A stretch of DNA of 32,000 nt from Trichodesmium erythraeum IMS101 (GCF_000014265.1 NC_008312.1:3840001-3872000); one strand, 5' to 3'. Positions 1-8,846 are shown, counted from the first letter of the stretch. Translations and numbers: made by a program. The notes: generated by a model not told the origin, from the sequence alone.

Positions 1-1321
1 ATTCGGTGGAGTCAAGCATCAGTGGGAGGGTCGTATTAGTCACCAGTCGCGATACCAGTTCTCGCATATCCCGTTCTCCATCACGCCCGACGTAATCCAC
101 GTTTACATCTAGCATATGGGCGCCTTCTTTGACCTGGGATTTAGCGATCGCCAATAACCCATCCCAATCATCTTCATTCAAAAGCTTGCGGACTTTCTTA
201 GAACCACTGGCATTTAATCGCTCGCCAACGATTAAAAAAGAATTATCCTGCTCATAGGTTTGGGCAGAATAAATGGAAGCTGCTGCTGGGGTATAGGAGA
301 GAGGCGTTCTAACCTTACCCACAGCATTTTTTCGTACCGATCGCTCTTTTAGTGGGGTTTCTTCCACAGCATCGGCTAATGCTTGAATATGTGCTGGACG
401 GGTACCGCAGCAGCCACCGACAATTTGAACTCCATACTGACCAATGAACTCAGACATGGACGTTTTAAATTCTAGCGGGGTCATTTTATAATGAGCCTGA
501 CCGCCAATATTTTCTGGTAGCCCCGCATTGGGAATACAAGAAATGGGGAATGGTGAATTTTCTGATAGATATTTGATATGAGAGGTCATCAAATTTGGAC
601 CTGTCGCACAATTTAGACCCAAAATATCAATGGGGAAAGGCTCCAGAATTGCTAACACCCCAGAGATATCTGTTCCCACCAACATAGTTCCCTGAATTTC
701 CATGGTCACGGATACCATTAAGGGGAGTCTGGATCCTTTTTTGGCAAATACCGCCTCAAAGGCACTCAATGCTGCCTTAATTTGCAGAACATCTTGACAG
801 GTTTCCACTATGAAAAGATCGGCTCCCCCGTCATAAAGACCTTCTGCTTGCACCATGAAGCTCGCTTTTAATTCATCATAGGTAATATGACCGAGGGTGG
901 GTAGCTTGGTTCCTGGACCGATGGAACCTGCGACGAATCTAGGTTTTTCGGGACTCGTAAACTCATCCGCACAACTACGCGCCAATTCTGCTGCCTTTCT
1001 ACTTAGCTCGTAGGCGCGATCGGCTAGATTGTACTCGGCGAGGACTAAGGGGCTAGATCCAAAGCTATCAGTCTCGACAACATCTGCCCCTGCTGCCAGA
1101 AAATCACGATGGACTTTCGCCACTGCTTCTGGCTTCGTGACGACTAAATATTCATTACAACCTTCATATTCCGCTCCACCAAAATCCTCGGCGGTCAAGT
1201 TTTGAGATTGGATGTTAGTTCCCATCGCACCATCAAAGATCAGTACTGGGCGATCTGGACTCTGGAGCCGTTGGAGAAATGAAGTCTTTAACTGAGGTTT
1301 TGGAATTTCAACACTTAGCAT
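1..1321 (-). CDS. metH: Cobalamin-dependent methionine synthase MetH, N-terminal 440 codons (gene continues beyond the window edge)
   Basis: Minus-strand frame is open from ATG at 1321-1319 to position 2. It is absent from the ORF track because no stop lies in the window. My translation begins [88 protein letters not shown] (homocysteine S-methyltransferase domain). It continues to [79 protein letters not shown] (pterin-binding domain). Confidence 0.85.
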   Translation of the reverse strand, partial: MLSVEIPKPQLKTSFLQRLQSPDRPVLIFDGAMGTNIQSQNLTAEDFGGAEYEGCNEYLVVTKPEAVAKVHRDFLAAGADVVETDSFGSSPLVLAEYNLADRAYELSRKAAELARSCADEFTSPEKPRFVAGSIGPGTKLPTLGHITYDELKASFMVQAEGLYDGGADLFIVETCQDVLQIKAALSAFEAVFAKKGSRLPLMVSVTMEIQGTMLVGTDISGVLAILEPFPIDILGLNCATGPNLMTSHIKYLSENSPFPISCIPNAGLPENIGGQAHYKMTPLEFKTSMSEFIGQYGVQIVGGCCGTRPAHIQALADAVEETPLKERSVRKNAVGKVRTPLSYTPAAASIYSAQTYEQDNSFLIVGERLNASGSKKVRKLLNEDDWDGLLAIAKSQVKEGAHMLDVNVDYVGRDGERDMRELVSRLVTNTTLPLMLDSTE

Positions 1322-1550
1322 AGGCGTAATGGTTATAGTTGGTCTCAGACTTCTCCTGCAACCTTTTTATTTTTTACCCCAAAGCAAGTCAAAGAATTGC
1401 AGATTGCATTCTCGCAGATTACAGATTTACCCCTACTTAAAAGACGGTGGCAAGGGAAGTGTAGATTGTAATTTTTTGGTTAATTGTTAATTTTTGAGGG
1501 TAGATTTTAGATTTACCAATGCTTGAACGCAAAGGAACCTTTATCTACTC

Positions 1551-1611
1551 AATCTCCAATCTCCAATCTCCAATCTCCAATCTCCAATCTCCAATCTCCA
1601 ATCTCCAATCT
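1551..1611. repeat. Heptanucleotide tandem repeat (AATCTCC)n, about 8.7 copies (ATTGGAG on the minus strand); STRR-like
   Basis: Read directly: aatctcc repeated without interruption from 1551 until it degenerates at 'aatcttcgg'. It lies about 230 bp upstream of the metH start. Confidence 0.95.
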
Positions 1612-2055
1612 TCGGTCAGTTTGGAAGGCTGAGGAGAATATTTTTAAGAATAATAATCATTCTCAAACTTAATATAACATAAAAATACTTTATTATTCAT
1701 TTACAATTATTTCTAGTTAGGAGCACCACAACCAATATTCATTGAAAAAAAATTTATATGATCAGGTCTCCAATAGTGAAAAGGTCAGAGGTGAGAGTTT
1801 GTCCCTTAACTTTTGGCTTTCTTCCTGTAATTGTTTAACTTTCGAGTTGAGTTATTTTACCAGATTTAGTATACTTTTAATTCTTGAAATACTCCGGCCT
1901 CTGCAATGTTTGCTGAGTAAAATGTGGGTAAAATGATTGCAGTAATTTGGCCGTTAATTTTTCTGATGATAGTTTTTGTGTCATGGTTTATCTTCTACAA
2001 CACTAGCTGCACTCCTTCTCTTCTTACTCCGGTTTACGGAGGGGATATTTTTTTC

Positions 2056-2433
2056 TTATCCATTTACCAAGTCAGGTCTCAAATTTTTTGCCTCTCGTAA
2101 ATAGGTATGCACAATTTTTTTTGGGTTAGCTTCCGGCATGTTGATATAAATTAAAAATCTAATACAACGTTTTAAACTACCTTTAACATACATTTGCTGC
2201 ACATCTAATAAAGGTATATTATTCCAGTTGGGACGTTGGCGGGCGATCGCTGCTGGAAAAATAGCATCTAAGTCATGAGTCACAGAGAAAGTTGCACTAA
2301 TAACTTGCTCTAGATCAAAATCATTCTTTTTTTCTAGCTCATTTAGTAATTCATTCACTGCCTCTCGAATTGCCTCTACAGAATTTTCTGAGACTGTAGT
2401 TGCTCCACGAATTGCTTGAACTCGCCACACCAC
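2056..2433 (-). CDS. aroH: Chorismate mutase, AroH (monofunctional) class
   Basis: Sequence WRVQAIRGATTVSENSVEAIREAVNELL...THDLDAIFPAAIARQ...KGSLKRCIRFLIYINM matches the AroH signature (IRGATT near the N-terminus, about 125 aa). The listed ORF extends to 2517 and would overlap sppA by 47 nt. GTG codons at 2433 or 2430 give the canonical length, so I place the start there. The start is uncertain. Confidence 0.8.
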   Translation of the reverse strand: MVWRVQAIRGATTVSENSVEAIREAVNELLNELEKKNDFDLEQVISATFSVTHDLDAIFPAAIARQRPNWNNIPLLDVQQMYVKGSLKRCIRFLIYINMPEANPKKIVHTYLREAKNLRPDLVNG

Positions 2434-2470
2434 ACTAAAATCCTCCCCATTAAAAGCTTTATAGTTAAAT

Positions 2471-3289
2471 TTAAGGTCGATACAGCCACAAAGGTAAGCC
2501 ACTGGTAGAAACTTCAAATTCCACCCAGCTTTGAGCAGCCGATAATTTTGATGATACCTGATTATTGTTCAAAACTTTATTTAAGAAAGTTTTGGGTTTT
2601 TCTAGAGTAAAACTCTCGGTTTTTTCTGGGTCTAAGTCCACCAGATTACAGGCCCATTTCCTAGCATCTTCTTCTGTACCTAAACGGTCTACTACCCCTA
2701 ATTCTAATGCTTGTTGTCCAGTAAAGATACGACCATCTGCAAAACTTTTAACAGTTTCTACAGCTAAATTTCGCGCTTCAGCCACTGTTTGGACAAATTG
2801 CTGATAACTAAAATCTATTAGATCTTGGAGAATTTGCTTTTCTGGAGCAGTCATTTCCCGGTCAAAGGCTAATATATCTTTATAAGGCCCAGATTTTACT
2901 ACCTTAAAAGAAACCCCTACTTTTTCTAATAGACGTTCTATATTATTGCCTCGCAAAATTACCCCAATACTACCAGTTATCGTCCCCGGATTGGACATTA
3001 TGTTTTGAGCACCCATACCAATATAAACACCACCAGAGGCAGAAATATTGCCGAAGCTCGCGACAATTTTTACTTTCTCTTGCAGCTTTTTCAGGGCATT
3101 GTAGATTTCTTGAGAGTCCGCTACAGTACCTCCGGGACTATCTATCCTAAGTAATAGGGCCGGAAATTTTCTTTCTTCTACTGTTTTAAGTGCTTCTAAC
3201 ACTTGTTTTCGGGTCTCGCTGGCAATGACACCATTAATCTCTATTCGGGCAATTTGTTTACGATATCGGGGCTTAAATGGCCAAATCAT
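2471..3289 (-). CDS. sppA: Signal peptide peptidase SppA, 36K type (S49 peptidase)
   Basis: 272-aa ORF with LLRIDSPGGTVADSQEIY and ASGGVYIGMGA motifs typical of ClpP/crotonase-fold SppA. ATG at 3289. Confidence 0.88.
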   Translation of the reverse strand: MIWPFKPRYRKQIARIEINGVIASETRKQVLEALKTVEERKFPALLLRIDSPGGTVADSQEIYNALKKLQEKVKIVASFGNISASGGVYIGMGAQNIMSNPGTITGSIGVILRGNNIERLLEKVGVSFKVVKSGPYKDILAFDREMTAPEKQILQDLIDFSYQQFVQTVAEARNLAVETVKSFADGRIFTGQQALELGVVDRLGTEEDARKWACNLVDLDPEKTESFTLEKPKTFLNKVLNNNQVSSKLSAAQSWVEFEVSTSGLPLWLYRP

Positions 3290-3546
3290 CCTGTTTTTTT
3301 TCTCTTAAGTCAAAATACAAAAGGCAAAAATAATAAGCAATAAGCAATAAATTTTTTTAGCTCATAGCATATTCAAGTGAAATTGTCAATCAAAATAGTA
3401 CTAACGAATATTTTGAAATTATTAATATATCTTACTTTATAATTTAACAAATAAGTAACAATATATGTTTTTGCTTAAAGATTGTTATAATTTGTAAAAA
3501 TATTTTAAGTAATTTAAAATACTAAACTTATAAATTATATAAACTT

Positions 3547-4557
3547 ATGCAGCTAAAACTGACTAACTCAAAACTACCCTTAGCTCCACTTTTGCTAATT
3601 GCTCCCTTCTTCTTTTGGGGAACTGCAATGGTAGCAATGAAAGGTGTTATCCCTCAAACAACACCATTTTTTATGGCAGCAATACGTATATTGCCAGCAG
3701 GTATATTATTGTTACTTATAGGAATGCTTCAGGGAAGACCTCAACCACAAAATAAATTAGCTTGGTTGTGGATATTATTGTTTGCTTTAATAGATGGTGC
3801 TTTGTTTCAAGGGTTTTTGGCGCAAGGGTTAGTCAAAACAGGTGCTGGGTTGGGCTCAGTAATGATTGACTCTCAACCTCTAGCGGTAGCTATTTTATCA
3901 TTGTGGTTATTTCAAGAGAGAATTAGATTTTGGGGTTGGCTAGGGTTAGGTATTGGTGTTTTTGGCATTAGCTTAATTGGTTTACCTGATGAATGGATAT
4001 CAAGTTTACTGCACCCGGAAACAATACAAATATCTCTGGGTATGGATACTTTTTCTCAAAGTGGAGAATGGTTAATGTTATTAGCATCTCTGTCTATGGC
4101 AGTAGGAACAGTATTAGTGCGTTGGGTTTGCAAATACAACGACCCAGTTATGGCAACTGGTTGGCATTTAATTTTAGGTGGTATTCCATTGCTTGCTATT
4201 TCAGCAGGGGTTGAGTCTCAGCAATGGGTTAATATTGATCAGTATGGTTGGATAGCTATGGGTTATGCCGCTGTTTTTGGGAGCGCGATCGCTTATGGTT
4301 TATTTTTTTACTTTGCTTCTTCAGGAAATCTTACCAGTTTGAGTGCTTTAACTTTTCTCACACCAATTTTTGCTTTGTTATTTGGCAATTTATTTTTAGG
4401 AGAAATATTGAGTCGGCTACAGTCAATAGGAGTTGGTTTAACTTTAGTAAGTATTTATTTAATTAATCAGCGGGATGTATTAGCTGAGAGGTTAAATTTT
4501 AGTAGTTCAAGACAAGAAGTTTTTTCCAATATTACTACACGCAATTTATTAAAATAG
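3547..4557 (+). CDS. EamA/DMT-superfamily membrane transporter
   Basis: 336-aa ORF with about 10 hydrophobic segments arranged as two similar halves, the pattern typical of EamA. ATG at 3547 follows an AT-rich divergent promoter region. Confidence 0.75.
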   Translation: MQLKLTNSKLPLAPLLLIAPFFFWGTAMVAMKGVIPQTTPFFMAAIRILPAGILLLLIGMLQGRPQPQNKLAWLWILLFALIDGALFQGFLAQGLVKTGAGLGSVMIDSQPLAVAILSLWLFQERIRFWGWLGLGIGVFGISLIGLPDEWISSLLHPETIQISLGMDTFSQSGEWLMLLASLSMAVGTVLVRWVCKYNDPVMATGWHLILGGIPLLAISAGVESQQWVNIDQYGWIAMGYAAVFGSAIAYGLFFYFASSGNLTSLSALTFLTPIFALLFGNLFLGEILSRLQSIGVGLTLVSIYLINQRDVLAERLNFSSSRQEVFSNITTRNLLK

Positions 4558-4798
4558 TCTCAAAAGTAAGCAGTTGAATTGAGGCTACAACTTGAAGTTG
4601 AGATATTAGAAAAAAAGTTAACTAACAGAAAATTGGCAAAGCTAAAATGTAGCTACCGATTAGATTTGCCATAACTGAGTCTTTTCAGAGCTGTTCCCAT
4701 CTCGATAATGAGAATAAACTACAACCAGATTTAGTTTGGCGACAACAGCGCTATGTTTTTTATTGGTAAGTTTTAATAATATCAAAGGTAAAATAATT

Positions 4799-7700
4799 AT
4801 GCTTGAGTCTTTTGCAATAGTAGCCAGTGGACAATTAGTAGGTTTTCTCGCTAAAGAAGTTCTGGGAAAATTGGCTAAAGAAGCACTTGAAGATTATGTT
4901 AAAGATTTTTTTAAGCAATGTATTACTGATTTTAAAGATAGGATAAGCAATACCAAAAAAAAGCATTTAGAAAAAGCTACTGCAGAAGCTCTGAAAGAAT
5001 TTTTAGAATTAGTACAGCAAGAGTTAGAAGATGCAGATTTAGAGGAAAATCAGTTACAAGAATATAATCAACCTTTGGAACAGTTTCTCAAAAATAAGTT
5101 AGTTAGAGAAACTTTGGGGAGTGCTTTTGATAATAATAGAAAAATTGTAGATACTAAGATATTAGCTAATATTGCTAAAGACATTGTTCCAGATTTGCCA
5201 CCTAATTTTGACTGGCAAAGAGTCGCAAGAAGATATGGCAAAAAAGTTAAAAATATTAGGAATAATTATGATGAATTACGGAAAATATTAGATTCAGAAA
5301 ACCTCGCTCAAATAGCAAATCAAAATTATAAAATTACACCAGAATTTGACCTCAGAAAATATCAAGAAGGTATCCAAGAACAATATGGAAAACTCAAATT
5401 AGAAAGTTTAGATACCAGTGGTTATGGTTATAATGAACTGAAATTATGGGGAATGTTTATTCCTCAAAATGTTCGAGAATCTCAAGAATTTAGGCCTCAA
5501 TTATATGAGGTTCCTAAAGAATATCTCCAACAATTAAAAGAGACGGGGCAGTTAGAGGCAGAATTTTCTCTAGAACAATTGGAAACTGTCCGACGCAGAT
5601 ATTTAGAACAGCCGGCTCGCTCGGTTTTAGAACTAATAGAAAATACCAACTATAAATATTTAGTTATTCTGGGAGACCCTGGTTCTGGCAAGTCTACCTT
5701 ATTACAATATATCGCTTTGGAATGGGCAGAATTACCTCTGAAAGATTTGCCTTTAAAACCAATTCCTCTATTAATTGAACTACGGACTTATGTGAGAAAT
5801 CATGAGACTAATAAATGCCAAAGTTTTCTAGATTTTCTGGAAAAAGGTAGCGGTTTAAATTGCCATTTTCCTCAAAAAGAACTTCATGCAAAACTACAAA
5901 ATGGTGATGCTATTGTGATGTTTGATGGGTTGGATGAAGTTTTTGAACCTGCTAAAAGAAAGGAAATAATTACTGATATTCATCGGTTTACAAATGATTA
6001 TAAAAATGTCCGGGTTATTGTTACTTCTAGAGTAATTGGTTATCAGCCACAACAACTCCGGGATGCTGAATTTTATCATTTTATGTTGCAAGATTTGGGG
6101 TCGGAACAAGTTGAGGATTTTATTCAACGTTGGCATGATTTAACTTATCAAGATGAGCGGGAAAAAGAGCGGAAAAGGGAAAGGTTGAAACGGGCAATTA
6201 ATGATTCTTCAGCTATTAAGCAATTGTCGGGAAATCCTTTGTTATTAACTATGATGGCTATTTTAAATCGTCATCAAGAATTACCGAGAGATAGGGCAGA
6301 ACTTTATAATCAAGCTTCTCGGGTTTTATTACAGCAATGGGATATGGAAAGGGCTTTAGTTGATGCTAAGATTGACCCGATAACTATTGACTATAAAGAT
6401 AAGCAAGAAATTTTGCGCCGAGTTGCTGATTTTATGCAACAAAATAAAGAAGGTTTGGCTGGTAATTTGATTGATGAAAGCAGCTTAGAAAGTATTATTA
6501 AAAAGTATCTAAAAAGTGTAGATATTAATGATGTGAGATTTGTGGCTAGGGCGTTGATGGAACAGTTGCGGGTTAGGAATTTTATTTTGTGTTTTGTTGG
6601 GGGTGGATATTATGCTTTTGTGCATCGAACTTTTTTAGAATATTTCTGTGCTTGGAGTTTTGTTTGGCAGTTTACGGTAACACAAACTCTGGGAAAAGAT
6701 GGGTTGATAAATGATGTTTTTGGTGGTCATTGGCGGGATGAAAAATGGCATGAAGTATTACGGTTAATTTCTGGGATGATAGATGCTAAGTTTGTGGGAG
6801 ATATTATTAGTTATTTGATGGAACAAGATGGGGAAGAGGAAAAGTTTCAGAATTTATTTTTGGCGGGCAAGTGTTTGTCTGAAGTTAGGAGTAGTCAGGG
6901 TATTGGTGATGTGGAAACTCGGTTATTAAATAGGTTAAAAGATTTGACTGGGTATGACCTTGGTTATTTTTATGAATCTTATGATGAAGATGATGAAGAT
7001 GCAGAGTTAGTTCGTGAAATTCGTACTCAAGCTGTGGAAATAGTGGCTACATCCTGGAGGGATGACTCTTCAACTTATGCTTGGCTTAAAGAAAGGGTTG
7101 TGTCTGATGAAAGTTCGTTTGTGCGACGTGAAGCCGTCGGACAAATAGCTACTGGTTGGAAACACGAGCCCGGAATTTTAGAATTACTCAAACAAAGGGT
7201 TGTGTCTGATGAAAGTGAGGATGTGCGAGCTGAAGCCCTCCGACAAATAGCTACTGGTTGGAAACACGAGCCCGGAATTTTAGAATTACTCAAACAATGG
7301 GTTGTGTCTGATGAAAGTGAGTCTGTGCGAGCTGAAGCCCTCCGACAAATAGCAACTGGTTGGAAACACGAGCCGGGAATTTTAGAATTACTCAAACAAT
7401 GGGTTGTGTCTGATGAAAGTCAGCTTGTGCGAGGTGAAGCCCTCCGACAAATAGCTACTGGTTGGAAACACGAGCCCGGAATTTTTGAATTACTCAAACA
7501 AAGGGTTGTGTCTGATGAAAGTTGGCTTGTGCGAGGTGTAGCCCTCCGACAAATAGCAACTGGTTGGAAACACGAGCCCGGAATTTTAGAATTACTCAAA
7601 CAATGGGTTGTGTCTGATGAAAGTGAGGATGTGCGAGCTGAAGCCCTCCGACAAATAGCTACTGGTTGGAAACACGAGCCCGGAATTTTAGAATTACTCA

Positions 7701-8818
7701 AACAATGGGTTGTGTCTGATGAAAGTCAGCTTGTGCGACGTGAAGCCGTCCGACAAATAGCTACTGGTTGGAAACACGAGCCCGGAATTTTAGATTTACT
7801 CAAACAAAGGGTTGTGTCTGATGAAAGTTGGCAGGTGCGAACTGAAGCCGTCCGACAAATAGCTACTGGTTGGAAACACGAGCCCGGAATTTTAGAATTA
7901 CTCAAACAAAGGGTTGTGTCTGATGAAGACTTGAATGTGCGAACTGAAGCCGTCCGACAAATAGCTACTGGTTGGAAACACGAGCCCGGAATTTTAGAAT
8001 TACTCAAACAAAGGGTTGTGTCTGATGAAAGTCAGCTTGTGCGAACTGAAGCCGTCGGACAAATAGCTACTGGTTGGAAACACGAGCCCGGAATTTTAGA
8101 ATTACTCAAACAAAGGGTTGTGTCTGATGAAAGTGAGGATGTGCGAGCTGAAGCCCTCCGACAAATAGCAACTGGTTGGAAACACGAGCCCGGAATTTTA
8201 GAATTACTCAAACAAAGGGTTGTGTCTGATGAAAGTGTGCGTGTGCGAACTGAAGCCCTCCGACAAATAGCAACTGGTTGGAAACACGAGCCCGGAATTT
8301 TTGAATTACTCAAACAAAGGGTTGTGTCTGATGAAAGTGAGGATGTGCGAACTGAAGCCCTCCGACAAATAGCAACTGGTTGGAAACACGAGCCCGGAAT
8401 TTTAGAATTACTCAAAGAAAGGGTTGTGTCTGATGAAAGTGAGGATGTGCGACGTGAAGCCCTCCGACAAATAGCTACTGGTTGGAAACACGAGCCCGGA
8501 ATTTTTGAATTACTCAAACAAAGGGTTGTGTCTGATGAAAGTTGGGATGTGCGACGTGAGGCAGTCAAACAAATAGCAACTGGTTGGAAACAGGAGCCCG
8601 GAACTTTTGAAATATTTTATGACAACGCCCTCAACGATCCCTTTGAACGTAAACATGAATTTCAAGACAACCCTCGACAAACAGCACTAGAAGCAATAGT
8701 CAAACAATACCCAGACCATCCCCAAACCCTCCCACTATTACAAGACAGAGCCGAAAACGACCCAGACAAAAAACTACAGAAATGGGCAAAAAGGATATTG
8801 CAGCAATATACAACATAG
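4799..8818 (+). CDS. NACHT-domain STAND NTPase with a helical N-terminal module and 15 C-terminal 34-aa HEAT-like repeats (paralog 1)
   Basis: Walker A GDPGSGKST (5672-5698), Walker B IVMFDGLDEV, then SGNPLLLTMMA and FVHRTFLEYF motifs typical of NACHT. The C-terminus is VRxEAxRQIATGWKHEPGILELLKQRVVSDESxx repeated 15 times. The ORF track starts at TTG 4736. I prefer ATG 4799 because the segment AAAGG(T/AT)AAAATAATTATG is shared with the paralog's start at 10766. Confidence 0.85.
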   Translation: MLESFAIVASGQLVGFLAKEVLGKLAKEALEDYVKDFFKQCITDFKDRISNTKKKHLEKATAEALKEFLELVQQELEDADLEENQLQEYNQPLEQFLKNKLVRETLGSAFDNNRKIVDTKILANIAKDIVPDLPPNFDWQRVARRYGKKVKNIRNNYDELRKILDSENLAQIANQNYKITPEFDLRKYQEGIQEQYGKLKLESLDTSGYGYNELKLWGMFIPQNVRESQEFRPQLYEVPKEYLQQLKETGQLEAEFSLEQLETVRRRYLEQPARSVLELIENTNYKYLVILGDPGSGKSTLLQYIALEWAELPLKDLPLKPIPLLIELRTYVRNHETNKCQSFLDFLEKGSGLNCHFPQKELHAKLQNGDAIVMFDGLDEVFEPAKRKEIITDIHRFTNDYKNVRVIVTSRVIGYQPQQLRDAEFYHFMLQDLGSEQVEDFIQRWHDLTYQDEREKERKRERLKRAINDSSAIKQLSGNPLLLTMMAILNRHQELPRDRAELYNQASRVLLQQWDMERALVDAKIDPITIDYKDKQEILRRVADFMQQNKEGLAGNLIDESSLESIIKKYLKSVDINDVRFVARALMEQLRVRNFILCFVGGGYYAFVHRTFLEYFCAWSFVWQFTVTQTLGKDGLINDVFGGHWRDEKWHEVLRLISGMIDAKFVGDIISYLMEQDGEEEKFQNLFLAGKCLSEVRSSQGIGDVETRLLNRLKDLTGYDLGYFYESYDEDDEDAELVREIRTQAVEIVATSWRDDSSTYAWLKERVVSDESSFVRREAVGQIATGWKHEPGILELLKQRVVSDESEDVRAEALRQIATGWKHEPGILELLKQWVVSDESESVRAEALRQIATGWKHEPGILELLKQWVVSDESQLVRGEALRQIATGWKHEPGIFELLKQRVVSDESWLVRGVALRQIATGWKHEPGILELLKQWVVSDESEDVRAEALRQIATGWKHEPGILELLKQWVVSDESQLVRREAVRQIATGWKHEPGILDLLKQRVVSDESWQVRTEAVRQIATGWKHEPGILELLKQRVVSDEDLNVRTEAVRQIATGWKHEPGILELLKQRVVSDESQLVRTEAVGQIATGWKHEPGILELLKQRVVSDESEDVRAEALRQIATGWKHEPGILELLKQRVVSDESVRVRTEALRQIATGWKHEPGIFELLKQRVVSDESEDVRTEALRQIATGWKHEPGILELLKERVVSDESEDVRREALRQIATGWKHEPGIFELLKQRVVSDESWDVRREAVKQIATGWKQEPGTFEIFYDNALNDPFERKHEFQDNPRQTALEAIVKQYPDHPQTLPLLQDRAENDPDKKLQKWAKRILQQYTT
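7078..8610 (+). repeat. In-frame tandem array, 15 x 102 bp (34-aa HEAT-like units) inside paralog 1
   Basis: The core caaatagc(t/a)actggttggaaacacgagcccggaattttagaattactcaaacaa(a/t)gggttgtgtctgatgaaagt recurs every 102 nt. Differences cluster in a few codons. Confidence 0.95.
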
Positions 8819-8846
8819 CCATTCCCACAGTTCTGATACACATTTA

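Noticed and set aside
1322-1550. Cobalamin or SAM riboswitch in the metH leader
   Set aside because: I could not recognise a B12-box or other conserved riboswitch core on the minus strand. MetH genes are not typically riboswitch-controlled. An Infernal scan would be the proper test.
1742-1936. Short AT-rich intergenic ORFs from the track (1742-1936, 17542-17736, 18112-18303, 22839-23054, 24621-24821, 28755-28940)
   Set aside because: Their composition is low-complexity or Ile/Leu/Phe/Asn-rich, as expected from AT-rich non-coding DNA. They have no RBS or motif support, and several use non-ATG starts.
2471-2517. 47-nt overlap between aroH and sppA implied by the longest aroH ORF
   Set aside because: The extension (MKFLPVAYLCGCIDLKFNYKAFNGEDFS) precedes the canonical AroH N-terminus. 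A GTG start at 2433 or 2430 removes the overlap and gives the normal ~125-aa length.
2565-2804. Shadow ORFs inside or antisense to real genes (2565-2804, 3993-4214, 4248-4466, 5894-6136, 9827-10012, 11891-12097, 16791-16973, 25353-25538, 29867-30166)
   Set aside because: Each lies wholly within a longer ORF that has clear family motifs on the other frame or strand.
4736-4798. TTG-initiated 21-codon N-terminal extension of paralog 1 given in the ORF track
   Set aside because: Similarity to the paralog, including the AAAGG...AATTATG ribosome-binding context, begins at ATG 4799. The extension has no counterpart upstream of 10766.
7075-8568. Antisense ORFs across the repeat array of paralog 1 (7075-7395, 7420-7701, 7726-8007, 8032-8568), all reading ...SNSKIPGSCFQPVAICRRAS...
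   Set aside because: They are mirror images of the 102-bp coding repeat: one antisense frame happens to lack stops, so it stays open wherever the unit repeats. The sense frame forms a continuous 1340-aa protein with NACHT motifs. The antisense products are low-complexity and have no independent start or RBS support.
7078-8610. Calling the 34-aa repeats TPR because of the unit length
   Set aside because: The conserved D-x-x-x-x-VR-x-x-A...L/I pattern with a proline-containing turn matches the HEAT/PBS-lyase-type signature, not the TPR W-L-G-Y-A-F-A-P pattern. Profile or structure searches are still needed to confirm.
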